Assembly (NCBI GenBank): GCA_046704545.1
Contig: JBJKRT010000009.1
Location: 42,456 to 106,455 of the forward strand
Reading direction: 5' to 3'
DNA: 64,000 bases
From: Longimicrobiales bacterium
Lineage (GTDB): Bacteria > Gemmatimonadota > Gemmatimonadetes > Longimicrobiales > Gaopeijiaceae
Positions 19,048 through 27,972 of this stretch are shown here, in pieces. How positions within the stretch are numbered: the stretch's first letter is position 1; the number at the start of each line of letters is the position of its first letter. The notes below the pieces were generated by a model. That model saw only the letters and a list, made by a program, of their open reading frames with translations, was not told where the DNA came from and searched no databases. Position numbers and translations under genes: made by a program.

Positions 19048-20933
19048 GCGACGGACTGGAGCGGGTCGCGGTCTCCATCGCGGAGCGCCACGAGGAGGTG
19101 GCTCGCTCCGTGGCGCGCCGCATCGCGACGATCGTTCGCGGAAAGAACGCGTCGGGAGAAGCCGCGGTGCTGGGCCTGGCCACGGGGTCGACGCCGCTCG
19201 GAGTCTACCGCGAGCTGATCCGCATGCACCGCGACGAGGGGCTCGACTTCTCCCAGGTCGTGACGTTCAACCTCGACGAGTACGTGCCGATGGATCCGGG
19301 GAGCCTGCAGAGCTACCACCGGTTCATGCACGAGAACTTCTTCGACCACGTGAACGTGCCACCGGAGAACGTGCATATCCCGCGTGGTGACCTCGGCCCC
19401 GACGAGACGGAGTCCCACTGCGCGGCGTACGAGCGCGCGATCGCTGAGGCCGGCGGCATCGACTTCCAGATCCTCGGCATCGGGCGCACGGGACACATCG
19501 GCTTCAACGAGCCGGGCGCGGGCCGGGGATCGCGGACACGCATGGTCTTCCTCGATTCGCTCACGCGCAAGGACGCCGCCTCCGACTTCTTCGGCGAGCC
19601 GAACGTTCCGTTCCGGGCCGTCACCATGGGCATCGGGACGATTCTGGAGGCTCGCGAGATCGCGCTGATCGCGACCGGCGAGCACAAGGCGCCGATCGTG
19701 AAGCGCGCGGTCGAAGGGCCGGCACATCCCGACGTGCCGGCGACCTATCTGCAGGACCACTCGAACGTCACGTTCTATCTCGACATGGCCGCCGCGGCGC
19801 GCCTGACGCGCATCGAGACGCCCTGGATCACCGGAGAGGTGACCTGGACGGAGGCCCTGGAGATGCGCGCCGTGCTCTGGCTCAGCCGGCACACGGGCAA
19901 ATCGATCCTGCGCCTGGAGACGCAGGACTACCGCGACAATCACCTGGCGTCGCTCGTGGCGCGGTACGGCTCCGCCCCTCCGATGAACGGCAATGCCTTC
20001 AACGCGCTGGTCTCCAAGATCCACGGGAAGAGCAAGCTGCCCCAGGGCCGGCGCGTCCTCGTGTTCTCCCCCCCTCCGGACGACGACGTCATCTCGATGG
20101 GCGGGATCCTGAGGAAGCTCGTCGAGAACGACAACGAGATCACGGTCGCCTACCAGACCTCGGGCAACATCGCGGTCTTCGACCACGACGTGCGGCGGTA
20201 TCTCGACATGATCCGCCGCGTGGCCCGCACGTTCGAGCTGGACATGCCGGGGATGGCGACGCTCGACCGGACGGTGCACGAGAGCCTGGAGCGCAAGGTC
20301 CCGGGCTCCGCGGACACGCCGGACGTCCAGGAGCTCAAGCGCGTCATCCGCGAGACGGAAGCCGTCTCGGCGCTCGAGGCCGTCGGGATCCAGCGCGACC
20401 GGGCTCGCTTCCTGAATCTCCCGTTCTACCGGACGGGCCTGGTACGCAAGGATCCGATCGCCCAGGAGGACGTGCGCCTCACACGCGAGGTCGTCGAAGA
20501 AGTCTCTCCCGACATCGTGTTCGCGGCCGGGGACCTCTCCGACCCCCACGGGACCCACCGGATGTGCCTCGAGGCCGTCCAGCAGGCGATGGAGACCTAC
20601 GAGGGCCCGGAGCCCGAGATCTGGCTCTACCGCGGCGCATGGGAAGAGTGGGGTGTGGACGAGGCGAGCGTGCTGGTGCCGATGTCGAGCGAGGAGCTAC
20701 GCCTCAAGATCCAGGCGATCTTCAAGCACCAGTCGCAGAAGGACACCGCCCCCTTCCCCGGCCCCGACGAGCGCGAGTTCTGGCAGCGCGTGGAGGAGCG
20801 CAACATCGGCACCGCACGCCTCCTGGAGCAGCTCGGGCTGCCCGCGTACTACGCCATGGAGGCCTACGTCGTCCTCAGAAACGGCGAGCCGCTACGCAAT
20901 CCCCTGGTCGCGACCAGCACGCTGGGCCGGTAG
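19044..20933 (+). CDS. nagB: Glucosamine-6-phosphate deaminase (NagB) fused to a C-terminal LmbE/PIG-L deacetylase-like domain
   Basis: Only the C-terminal 629 codons of track ORF 18141..20933 look real. GTG 19044 follows the RBS GGGAGGAG and overlaps the GH5 stop (GTGA). NagB motifs LGLATGSTP, FNLDEY and LGIGRTGHIGFNEPG. LmbE-like VLVFSPPPDDDVISMGG. Confidence 0.8.
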   Translation: MSDGLERVAVSIAERHEEVARSVARRIATIVRGKNASGEAAVLGLATGSTPLGVYRELIRMHRDEGLDFSQVVTFNLDEYVPMDPGSLQSYHRFMHENFFDHVNVPPENVHIPRGDLGPDETESHCAAYERAIAEAGGIDFQILGIGRTGHIGFNEPGAGRGSRTRMVFLDSLTRKDAASDFFGEPNVPFRAVTMGIGTILEAREIALIATGEHKAPIVKRAVEGPAHPDVPATYLQDHSNVTFYLDMAAAARLTRIETPWITGEVTWTEALEMRAVLWLSRHTGKSILRLETQDYRDNHLASLVARYGSAPPMNGNAFNALVSKIHGKSKLPQGRRVLVFSPPPDDDVISMGGILRKLVENDNEITVAYQTSGNIAVFDHDVRRYLDMIRRVARTFELDMPGMATLDRTVHESLERKVPGSADTPDVQELKRVIRETEAVSALEAVGIQRDRARFLNLPFYRTGLVRKDPIAQEDVRLTREVVEEVSPDIVFAAGDLSDPHGTHRMCLEAVQQAMETYEGPEPEIWLYRGAWEEWGVDEASVLVPMSSEELRLKIQAIFKHQSQKDTAPFPGPDEREFWQRVEERNIGTARLLEQLGLPAYYAMEAYVVLRNGEPLRNPLVATSTLGR

Positions 20934-21082
20934 CGGAGCGCACCGGGCGTCCGAATATAAATCCCGTGCCCCATTATAAAAATCACTATCTAGAAAATAG
21001 CGCTCGCTTCCGCTACTCTATGATCGACCCTCCGCGATAGACCGGCCGTACAGTCCGGTCAGAACCGCCGTGGAGGCGAATC

Positions 21083-22447
21083 ATGCCCAAGTCCAGGGTG
21101 CTCATCATGGGAGCCGCGGGCCGCGACTTCCACAACTTCAACACCTTCTATCGCGACAACCCCGACTACGAGGTCGTCGCGTTCACCGCGACCCAGATTC
21201 CCGACATCGACGGCCGGAAATACCCGGCTGAGCTCGCCGGGTCGCTCTACCCCGACGGTATCCCGATCGAGCCCGAGACCAGGCTCGGGGAGCTGATCGC
21301 CGAGCACCACGTGGACGAAGTCGTCTTCGCATACAGCGACGTGCCCCACGAGTACGTCATGCACGTGGGCGCGAAGGTGAACGCGCTCGGTCCGGACTTC
21401 CGCCTCATGGGCGCAGAGCGGACGCTGCTGAAGAGCACGAAGCCGGTCGTGGCGGTGTGCGCGGTCCGCACGGGTAGCGGCAAGAGCCAGACGACACGCC
21501 GTGTCGCGGAGATCCTTACGGAGGCGGGCCTGAAGGTGGCCGCCATCCGCCATCCCATGCCGTACGGGGACCTCGTGAAGCAGGCGGTCCAGCGGTTCGC
21601 CACCATCGACGACCTGGCCGCGCAGAACTGCACCATCGAGGAGATGGAGGAGTACGAGCCGCACATCGTGCGCGGCACGATCGTGTACGCCGGCGTGGAC
21701 TACGAAGCCATCCTGCGCGAGGCGGAGAAGGAGGCCGACGTCATCCTGTGGGACGGCGGCAACAACGACACGCCGTTCTACCGGCCGGACCTCATGATCA
21801 CCGTGGCCGACCCGCACAGGGCCGGGCACGAGGACACCTACTATCCGGGCGAGACGAATTTCCGACTGGCGGACGTCATTGTCATCAATAAAGTCGACAC
21901 TGCCGATCGCACCAAAGTCGATCATATTCGTAACAGTATCAGAAAACTCAATCCGCAGGCCATCGTCATCGAGGCGGCCAGTCCGATCACGGTCGAGGAT
22001 TCGTCGCTCGTCACGGGCAAGCGTGCCCTGGTGGTCGAGGACGGACCGACGCTGACGCACGGCGGCATGAAGTACGGCGCCGGCGTGGTCGCGGCCGAGA
22101 AGCTGGGGGCATCCGAGCTGGTCGATCCGCGCCCCTTCACGACCGGAAAGATCACGCGCACGTTCGAGCGCTATCCCGACATCGGCACCCTGCTGCCGGC
22201 CATGGGCTACGGCGACGAGCAGGTGAAGGATCTGGAGGCCACGATCAACCGCGCGGATTGCGACGTCGTGGTGATCGGAACGCCGATCGACCTGCGCCGG
22301 ATCATCGACATCCGCCACCCGTCGGTCCGGGTGACGTACGACCTGCAGGAGATCGGACAGCCGGACCTCCGCGACGTCCTCGAGCCGGTGCTCCGGAAGG
22401 CTTCGGCACCCGCTTCGCACGAGGCGCTCGAGGCCGCGGTCTCGTGA
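21083..22447 (+). CDS. COG2403-type P-loop GTPase-like protein (cyclic 2,3-diphosphoglycerate synthetase family)
   Basis: G1 RTGSGKSQT, G3-like WDGGNND, G4 INKVD. N-terminal Rossmann-like VLIMGAAGRDFHNF. The family assignment is from memory of COG2403 architecture. Confidence 0.6.
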   Translation: MPKSRVLIMGAAGRDFHNFNTFYRDNPDYEVVAFTATQIPDIDGRKYPAELAGSLYPDGIPIEPETRLGELIAEHHVDEVVFAYSDVPHEYVMHVGAKVNALGPDFRLMGAERTLLKSTKPVVAVCAVRTGSGKSQTTRRVAEILTEAGLKVAAIRHPMPYGDLVKQAVQRFATIDDLAAQNCTIEEMEEYEPHIVRGTIVYAGVDYEAILREAEKEADVILWDGGNNDTPFYRPDLMITVADPHRAGHEDTYYPGETNFRLADVIVINKVDTADRTKVDHIRNSIRKLNPQAIVIEAASPITVEDSSLVTGKRALVVEDGPTLTHGGMKYGAGVVAAEKLGASELVDPRPFTTGKITRTFERYPDIGTLLPAMGYGDEQVKDLEATINRADCDVVVIGTPIDLRRIIDIRHPSVRVTYDLQEIGQPDLRDVLEPVLRKASAPASHEALEAAVS

Positions 22448-22448
22448 C

Positions 22449-23393
22449 ATGTCCGCGAAGACGGCCGTGGTGGCCCTCGGGGGGAATGCCATCTCCCCGA
22501 GGGGCCAACCGGATACGATCGCCAATCAGTTCAGGCGCACGAGGGACAGCCTCGAGTCGATCGTCCACCTGATCGACGAGGGCTACAACCTCGCCATCAC
22601 GCACGGGAACGGCCCGCAGGTGGGGAATGCCCTCCTGCGGGTCGAGCTCGCGCGGGGTAAGGCGCCCATCCTCCCGCTCGGCATCTGCGTGGCCGATACC
22701 GAGGGCGGCATGGGCTACATGATCGAGCAGTCCCTGCAGAACCGGTTCCGGCGGGAAGGGATCGCCAGGGACGTCGTCACGGTGGTCACGCAGGTGCTCG
22801 TCGACCGGGACGACCCCTCCGTCGCCAATCCCACCAAATACGTCGGGCAGTTCTACGACGGAGACGAGGCCCGACACCTCCAGGAGCGGGACGGCTGGGT
22901 CATGCGCCGCGACGACGCACGCGGCGGATGGCGTCGCGTGGTTCCTTCACCGATGCCGCTGGAGATCGTGAACCACCGGCCGATCCGCCAGCTCGTGGAG
23001 GCCGGGACGGTCGTGATCGCGGCCGGAGGCGGCGGCATCCCCGTCTACATCGACGAGCACGGGGACTACGAGGGCATCGACGCCGTCGTGGACAAAGACC
23101 GTGCGGCGGCGATCCTCGCCCGTGACATCGGCGCGCACGAGCTCTTCATCATCACGGACGTGCCCGAGGTGTGCCTCGACTTCGGCACGCCGCGAGAGCG
23201 GCCGCTCCGCGACGTGCGCGTGGACGAGATCCTGGCGCTGCGCGACGGGCAGTTCCCGCCGGGCTCGATGGGGCCGAAGATCGAGGCGGCCGTGACGTTT
23301 CTGGAGCACGGCGGCGACGAGGTCGTCATTACCTCGATCGAGCGGCTGCACGAGGCGCTGGAAGGCACCAGAGGGACGCACATCCGGCGGTAG
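22449..23393 (+). CDS. arcC: Carbamate kinase
   Basis: VVALGGNAI and THGNGPQVG motifs with a C-terminal amino-acid-kinase fold. It starts 1 nt after the upstream stop. Confidence 0.85.
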   Translation: MSAKTAVVALGGNAISPRGQPDTIANQFRRTRDSLESIVHLIDEGYNLAITHGNGPQVGNALLRVELARGKAPILPLGICVADTEGGMGYMIEQSLQNRFRREGIARDVVTVVTQVLVDRDDPSVANPTKYVGQFYDGDEARHLQERDGWVMRRDDARGGWRRVVPSPMPLEIVNHRPIRQLVEAGTVVIAAGGGGIPVYIDEHGDYEGIDAVVDKDRAAAILARDIGAHELFIITDVPEVCLDFGTPRERPLRDVRVDEILALRDGQFPPGSMGPKIEAAVTFLEHGGDEVVITSIERLHEALEGTRGTHIRR

Positions 23394-23513
23394 CCCGGGC
23401 CGCGTCGCCGCAGTGCTCCGTAGACGGACGCACGCCCCTATGGCCTGATCGCCCTCCACGGGCCAAGTTGGCTGCGCTCTCTGGTACGCGCTTCCACCCC
23501 ACCCACGAGCTCC

Positions 23514-25292
23514 ATGCACCTGACGTCGCTCGACTGGATCGTCGTCCTCGTCTCGATCGTACTCTCGTTCCTGCCGGCGATCCTGCTGGCCAAGCGTGCG
23601 GGCACGAGCACGGCGGAGTTCTTCACCTCGGGCCGTGCCGCGCCGTGGTGGCTGGTGGGCGTCTCGATGGTGGCCACCACGTTCAGCACCGACACGCCGA
23701 ACCTCGTCACCAACATGGTGCGCGAGAACGGTGTGGCCGACAACTGGCTCTGGTGGTCGTTCCTGCTCACCGGAATGATGACGGTGTTCTTCTACGCGCG
23801 GCTGTGGCGGCGCTCGCGCGTGCTCACCGACCTCGAGTTCTACGAGATCCGCTATTCGGGCAAGCCCGCTTCGTTCGTGCGTGGCTTCCGTGCCGTCTAC
23901 CTCGGGCTCCTGTTCAACTGCGTCATCATGGCGTCCGTGAACCTGGCCGCCGTGAAGATCGCCAACGTCGTCCTCGGCTGGCCGATGATGAAGACGCTCG
24001 TCTTCTGCTCGGTCATCAACATCGCGTTCGCCGCGACGTCGGGCCTGTGGGGCGTGCTGGTCACCGACTTCTTCCAGTTCGGCATCGCGATGACCGGCGC
24101 GTTCGCGGTCGCCATCTACTCGCTCAGGCAACCGCAGGTGGGCGGTCTCTCCGGCCTCGTGACGAAGCTCGGGCCGAAGACCCTCGACCTTCTGCCCAAC
24201 TTCGGTGACTGGAAGCTCGCGGCCGCGGTGCTCATCATCCCGATCACGATCCAGTGGTGGTCCGTCTGGTATCCGGGCTCGGAGCCCGGGGGCGGCAGCT
24301 ACATCGCGCAGCGCATGCTCGCGTCGAAGTCGGAGAAGGACGCGCTCGGTGGCACGCTCCTGTTCAACGTCGCGCACTACGCCCTCCGGCCGTGGCCCTG
24401 GATCATCGTGGCGCTGTCGTCGATGCTGGTCTTCCCGCACCTGTCCGACATCGCCCATGCCTTCCCCTACGTGGATCCGAAGCTGATCGGACCCGACATG
24501 GCCTATCCGGCCATGCTCAAGTTCCTGCCTTCGGGCCTGCTCGGGCTCATGGTGGCGGGCATGCTCGCCGCGTACGTCTCGACGCTGTCGACCCACCTCA
24601 ACTGGGGCACGTCGTACCTGGTTCACGACTTCTACCGGCGCTTCCTCGTGAAGGGCCGGCAGGAGAAGCATTACGTGCTGGTGGGCCGGCTCGTCACGGC
24701 GTGCCTGATGGTCGCCGCGGCCCTGCTGACGACGGTGCTCAGCACCGCCAAGGAAGCGTTCGACCTGATGCTCTCCGTCGGCGCGGGCACGGGGCTCATC
24801 TACCTGCTGCGCTGGTTCTGGTGGCGGCTCAACGCGTGGAGCGAGATCGCCGCCATGGTGAGCTCGTTCCTCGTGGCCCTCGCCTTCTTCGTCGCGGGCA
24901 AGCTCGGCCACCCGGTCGATACGTCCGTCTCCCTCGTGGCGACCGTGGCGAGCACGACGGTCGTGTGGCTGGTGGTCACGTACCTGACGGCGCCCGTCTC
25001 GCGAGAGCGCCTCGTCTCGTTCTACCGGCTGGTACGGCCGGCGGGACCCGGCTGGAAGGTCATCCGGGACGAGGCGGGCCTGGAGCCCTCACCCGACTCC
25101 CTCCCGCTCGCGATGCTGGGCTGGGTGCTGGGCATCACGTTCGTCTATTCGGCCCTGTTCGGCACGGGAAGCTATCTGTACGACAGAATTCCCCAGGCCG
25201 TGATGTGGACGGTGGTGTTCGTGATCAGCGGCGCGGGCCTCGTCCGGATCCTGCCCCGCTTCTGGACGAGTCAGGAGCCCGCCTCGGAATAG
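23514..25292 (+). CDS. Sodium:solute symporter (SSS) family transporter
   Basis: 592 aa and highly hydrophobic. The N-terminus (DWIVVLVSIVLSFLPAILLAKRAGTSTAEFFTSGRAAPWW) is typical of SSS proteins. Confidence 0.8.
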   Translation: MHLTSLDWIVVLVSIVLSFLPAILLAKRAGTSTAEFFTSGRAAPWWLVGVSMVATTFSTDTPNLVTNMVRENGVADNWLWWSFLLTGMMTVFFYARLWRRSRVLTDLEFYEIRYSGKPASFVRGFRAVYLGLLFNCVIMASVNLAAVKIANVVLGWPMMKTLVFCSVINIAFAATSGLWGVLVTDFFQFGIAMTGAFAVAIYSLRQPQVGGLSGLVTKLGPKTLDLLPNFGDWKLAAAVLIIPITIQWWSVWYPGSEPGGGSYIAQRMLASKSEKDALGGTLLFNVAHYALRPWPWIIVALSSMLVFPHLSDIAHAFPYVDPKLIGPDMAYPAMLKFLPSGLLGLMVAGMLAAYVSTLSTHLNWGTSYLVHDFYRRFLVKGRQEKHYVLVGRLVTACLMVAAALLTTVLSTAKEAFDLMLSVGAGTGLIYLLRWFWWRLNAWSEIAAMVSSFLVALAFFVAGKLGHPVDTSVSLVATVASTTVVWLVVTYLTAPVSRERLVSFYRLVRPAGPGWKVIRDEAGLEPSPDSLPLAMLGWVLGITFVYSALFGTGSYLYDRIPQAVMWTVVFVISGAGLVRILPRFWTSQEPASE

Positions 25293-25402
25293 CGGGCTGG
25301 CCCGCCCCGTTCTTTGCCGCTCGGAACCTCGTCGGATATAGTTCCACGTTCGCCGCGGCGTCCGGTGGATCCGGACCCATCCCTCCAGGGCACTCGTGAC
25401 GC

Positions 25403-27049
25403 ATGGACCCTCGCCTCCGACATCCGCACAACGCCCTAAGCCACATGCTGCGCCTCACCCTCGCCTCGGTGCTGGGCCTCCTCGTCCTCATGTCCTCCAG
25501 GGCCCGCCCGGTGGCCGCGCAAAGCACACCCTACGTCGCGGTGCTGGACCCGGCCTACCAGGATCTCGACCTCCTGGTCTCGGCGGGTCTGGTCCAGGAC
25601 ATCATCGTCGGGGAGCGGCCGTATTCACGCGCAGCTTTCCGCCGCTTCGTGGCCGAAGCGACACGGCGTGTCGGGAATCACCCCGAGTCCCCCGCGATCC
25701 GCGAGGCGCTCGAGCGGCTGACCCGGCGTTTCGCCGACCAGGCACCGGCGTCGCGCTACGTCCACCTGGCGCCGGCCCGCTTCGACGTCGTCGGAACCAA
25801 CAGCCCGTATCGACCGATCACGAGCCATTCGCGCGGCGACAGCATCAAGGCGTCGCTGAACCCTCTGCTCCAGAACAACCAGGGGCGCGTGCTGGACGAC
25901 GGGTTGACCGCCGCCGTCGAGGGTGGCCTGGATGTACAGATAGGTCACCTCGCCGGAGAGGTGACCCCCCGTGTCTACCTGGGCGTCCCGAGCGGCTCGG
26001 CCGGTACCCACCTCTCCGCTCAGATCGTGGACGCGTACGCGCGCGCGGTGTTCGGACCCGTCGCCTTCGACATCGGACGCAACAGCGTCACGTTGGGCTA
26101 CGGCGTGTACGGGGGCCCGCTCCTCTCGGTCAACCCGCGAGGGCTCGACATGGCCCGCCTGTCCGCGGACCGGCCCGTGCGGTTGCCCGGGGCGCTCAGC
26201 GCGTTGGGCCTCTGGCAGGCTTCGATCGCGATCGCGGACATGGGCAAGAACCGGGACGTCCCGTACGCCAAGCAGATCATGATGCGGCTGAGCGCCCGCC
26301 CGAGCCGCTACTTCGAGCTCGGCATCAATTACACGAACATGCAGGGCGGAAACGGGTCGCCCAGAGCGACCCTCTACGAGCGGCTCTACGACCTCTTCTT
26401 CTTCTGGAAGAACGGAGGCTACTACCAGATCTCCGACAAGGTGGCCGGCGCCGACTTCCGCGTGTCCGTGCCGCAGATCCACGCCGCCTGGTACGTGAAC
26501 TTCGCCACAACCGACGACCGGGGGCGCTTCCAGCAGCCCGCCCGGGGCTACTGGAACGACGCCATCTGGACGACGGGCGCCAAGGTGACGAACCTCGGTC
26601 CGGAGGGGCGGCTGGGTCTCGATCTGGAGTGGGTGCGGGCGGGCCCCCGGATCTACACGCACCACCAGTTCACTTCCGGACAGACGGTCGACGGGCGCGT
26701 GCTGGGCAACGCGCTCGGGCCGAACGCATGGCAGGTGCTGGCCCGTGCCAACTGGATGGGGCGTACGTCACGTATCCGGGTCACGGCCGCCTGGGAGCGG
26801 TACTCCGCCGACGAATACTACTGGGCCTTGATTCCCGGCGGAGGGCCGTGGGACTTCAAGTGGTACAAGGCCTACGGAGCCCCTCCGGAGATCCGCCGCC
26901 GACTCGTGGCAGACTACACGAGGTACGACGGGTGGCACCACCTGGAGACGTCGATCCGCCTGGGCTACGAGCACGTCACTCGCTTCAACTTCACGGGACC
27001 GAACCGAAACGACCTGCTCGGGCAGGTGACGCTGCGCTATCTCTGGTAG
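25403..27049 (+). CDS. Wzi-like capsule-assembly outer-membrane beta-barrel protein
   Basis: Signal peptide (alternative start ATG 25445). N-terminal Y.DLDLLVSAGLV motif resembling Wzi. Alternating beta-strand pattern and a C-terminal aromatic residue (LRYLW). Family call from memory. Confidence 0.55.
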   Translation: MDPRLRHPHNALSHMLRLTLASVLGLLVLMSSRARPVAAQSTPYVAVLDPAYQDLDLLVSAGLVQDIIVGERPYSRAAFRRFVAEATRRVGNHPESPAIREALERLTRRFADQAPASRYVHLAPARFDVVGTNSPYRPITSHSRGDSIKASLNPLLQNNQGRVLDDGLTAAVEGGLDVQIGHLAGEVTPRVYLGVPSGSAGTHLSAQIVDAYARAVFGPVAFDIGRNSVTLGYGVYGGPLLSVNPRGLDMARLSADRPVRLPGALSALGLWQASIAIADMGKNRDVPYAKQIMMRLSARPSRYFELGINYTNMQGGNGSPRATLYERLYDLFFFWKNGGYYQISDKVAGADFRVSVPQIHAAWYVNFATTDDRGRFQQPARGYWNDAIWTTGAKVTNLGPEGRLGLDLEWVRAGPRIYTHHQFTSGQTVDGRVLGNALGPNAWQVLARANWMGRTSRIRVTAAWERYSADEYYWALIPGGGPWDFKWYKAYGAPPEIRRRLVADYTRYDGWHHLETSIRLGYEHVTRFNFTGPNRNDLLGQVTLRYLW

Positions 27050-27067
27050 TGGCGGGCGGCAGGAACG

Positions 27068-27961
27068 TCAGCTGCCACGCGCAGTATCCGACGACTCCGT
27101 GCCCATGTACGGCGCGATGCGCTCGTACACGGCCTCCGCGCTGATGCCCGCCGTCGATTGGATCACGCTGAAGCGGTGATCGCCCGCCCCCAGAAACGCG
27201 TCGTGGGCCGACCAGCCCTCCCAGGCGGAGGCCCCCCAGACGCTGGGGCCCAGCCATCCGCCGGGCTCGACGGCATGGTAAAGCTCTTCGAAGGAGCCTC
27301 GAGCCTCGACGAACGTGTGGTAGAGCGAGTACTCCGTCCACCCACGTCTGCGCAGGAGCTCCGAGCGCCACCCGGGACCGCGCGCGCCACGAGCCTGCGG
27401 CGGGCCTCCCGACTCCTCCAGGTAGTCGAGCAGGGCGCGGACGGACGCCGTGTGGAGCATGACGGGCGTCACTCCGTGATTCCACCTCGACCGGGGAAGT
27501 CCGAGGAGGGTGGCGGAGGTCTCGTACCAGCGCCGGTGGCCATCCTCGGCCATGCGTATGATCCGCGCACGCCCACCCGGGAAGAGCCAATCGGTCGTCG
27601 TCCGCTTGACCGCCAGTACGTCCGCGTCGAGCGTGAGGTAGTAGGGTGTGGAAACGCGCCGGCTCGCCTCCAGCTTGGCGATCTGCTGGACGTTGTGGCC
27701 GAACATCGCCCCCCACCTTCTCGCTCGGAGCCTCGCCCGAAGGCTTCGCGTCTCCGGTACGACGTCGGCATCCGTGAGCGCTCTGGGCGACCACTGCGCG
27801 AACACGTCGCAAGCGGTGTCAGCGGCCTCCGGCCGCGTGACGATCCAGATCCGGCCGATCCCCTCGACGAACCGGCGTAACGTCGACGCGAGAATGCGTG
27901 CGCGTCCCATGTCACGCGGGTGCAGCGGCAGAACGGCGTCGAAGGTCACAGGCTCGGCCAT
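27068..27961 (-). CDS. Hypothetical protein, nucleotide-diphospho-sugar-transferase-like (DxD motif)
   Basis: 297-aa ORF with good codon bias. YYLTLDADVLAV is a DxD-type motif. It lies immediately downstream of the Omp85 gene on the same strand. Confidence 0.6.
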   Translation of the reverse strand: MAEPVTFDAVLPLHPRDMGRARILASTLRRFVEGIGRIWIVTRPEAADTACDVFAQWSPRALTDADVVPETRSLRARLRARRWGAMFGHNVQQIAKLEASRRVSTPYYLTLDADVLAVKRTTTDWLFPGGRARIIRMAEDGHRRWYETSATLLGLPRSRWNHGVTPVMLHTASVRALLDYLEESGGPPQARGARGPGWRSELLRRRGWTEYSLYHTFVEARGSFEELYHAVEPGGWLGPSVWGASAWEGWSAHDAFLGAGDHRFSVIQSTAGISAEAVYERIAPYMGTESSDTARGS

Positions 27962-27972
27962 GGCCTTGCCGC

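Noticed and set aside
22947-24911. 654-aa minus-strand ORF
   Set aside because: It is antisense to carbamate kinase and the SSS transporter, is Arg/His/Glu/Pro-rich and shows no domain signature.
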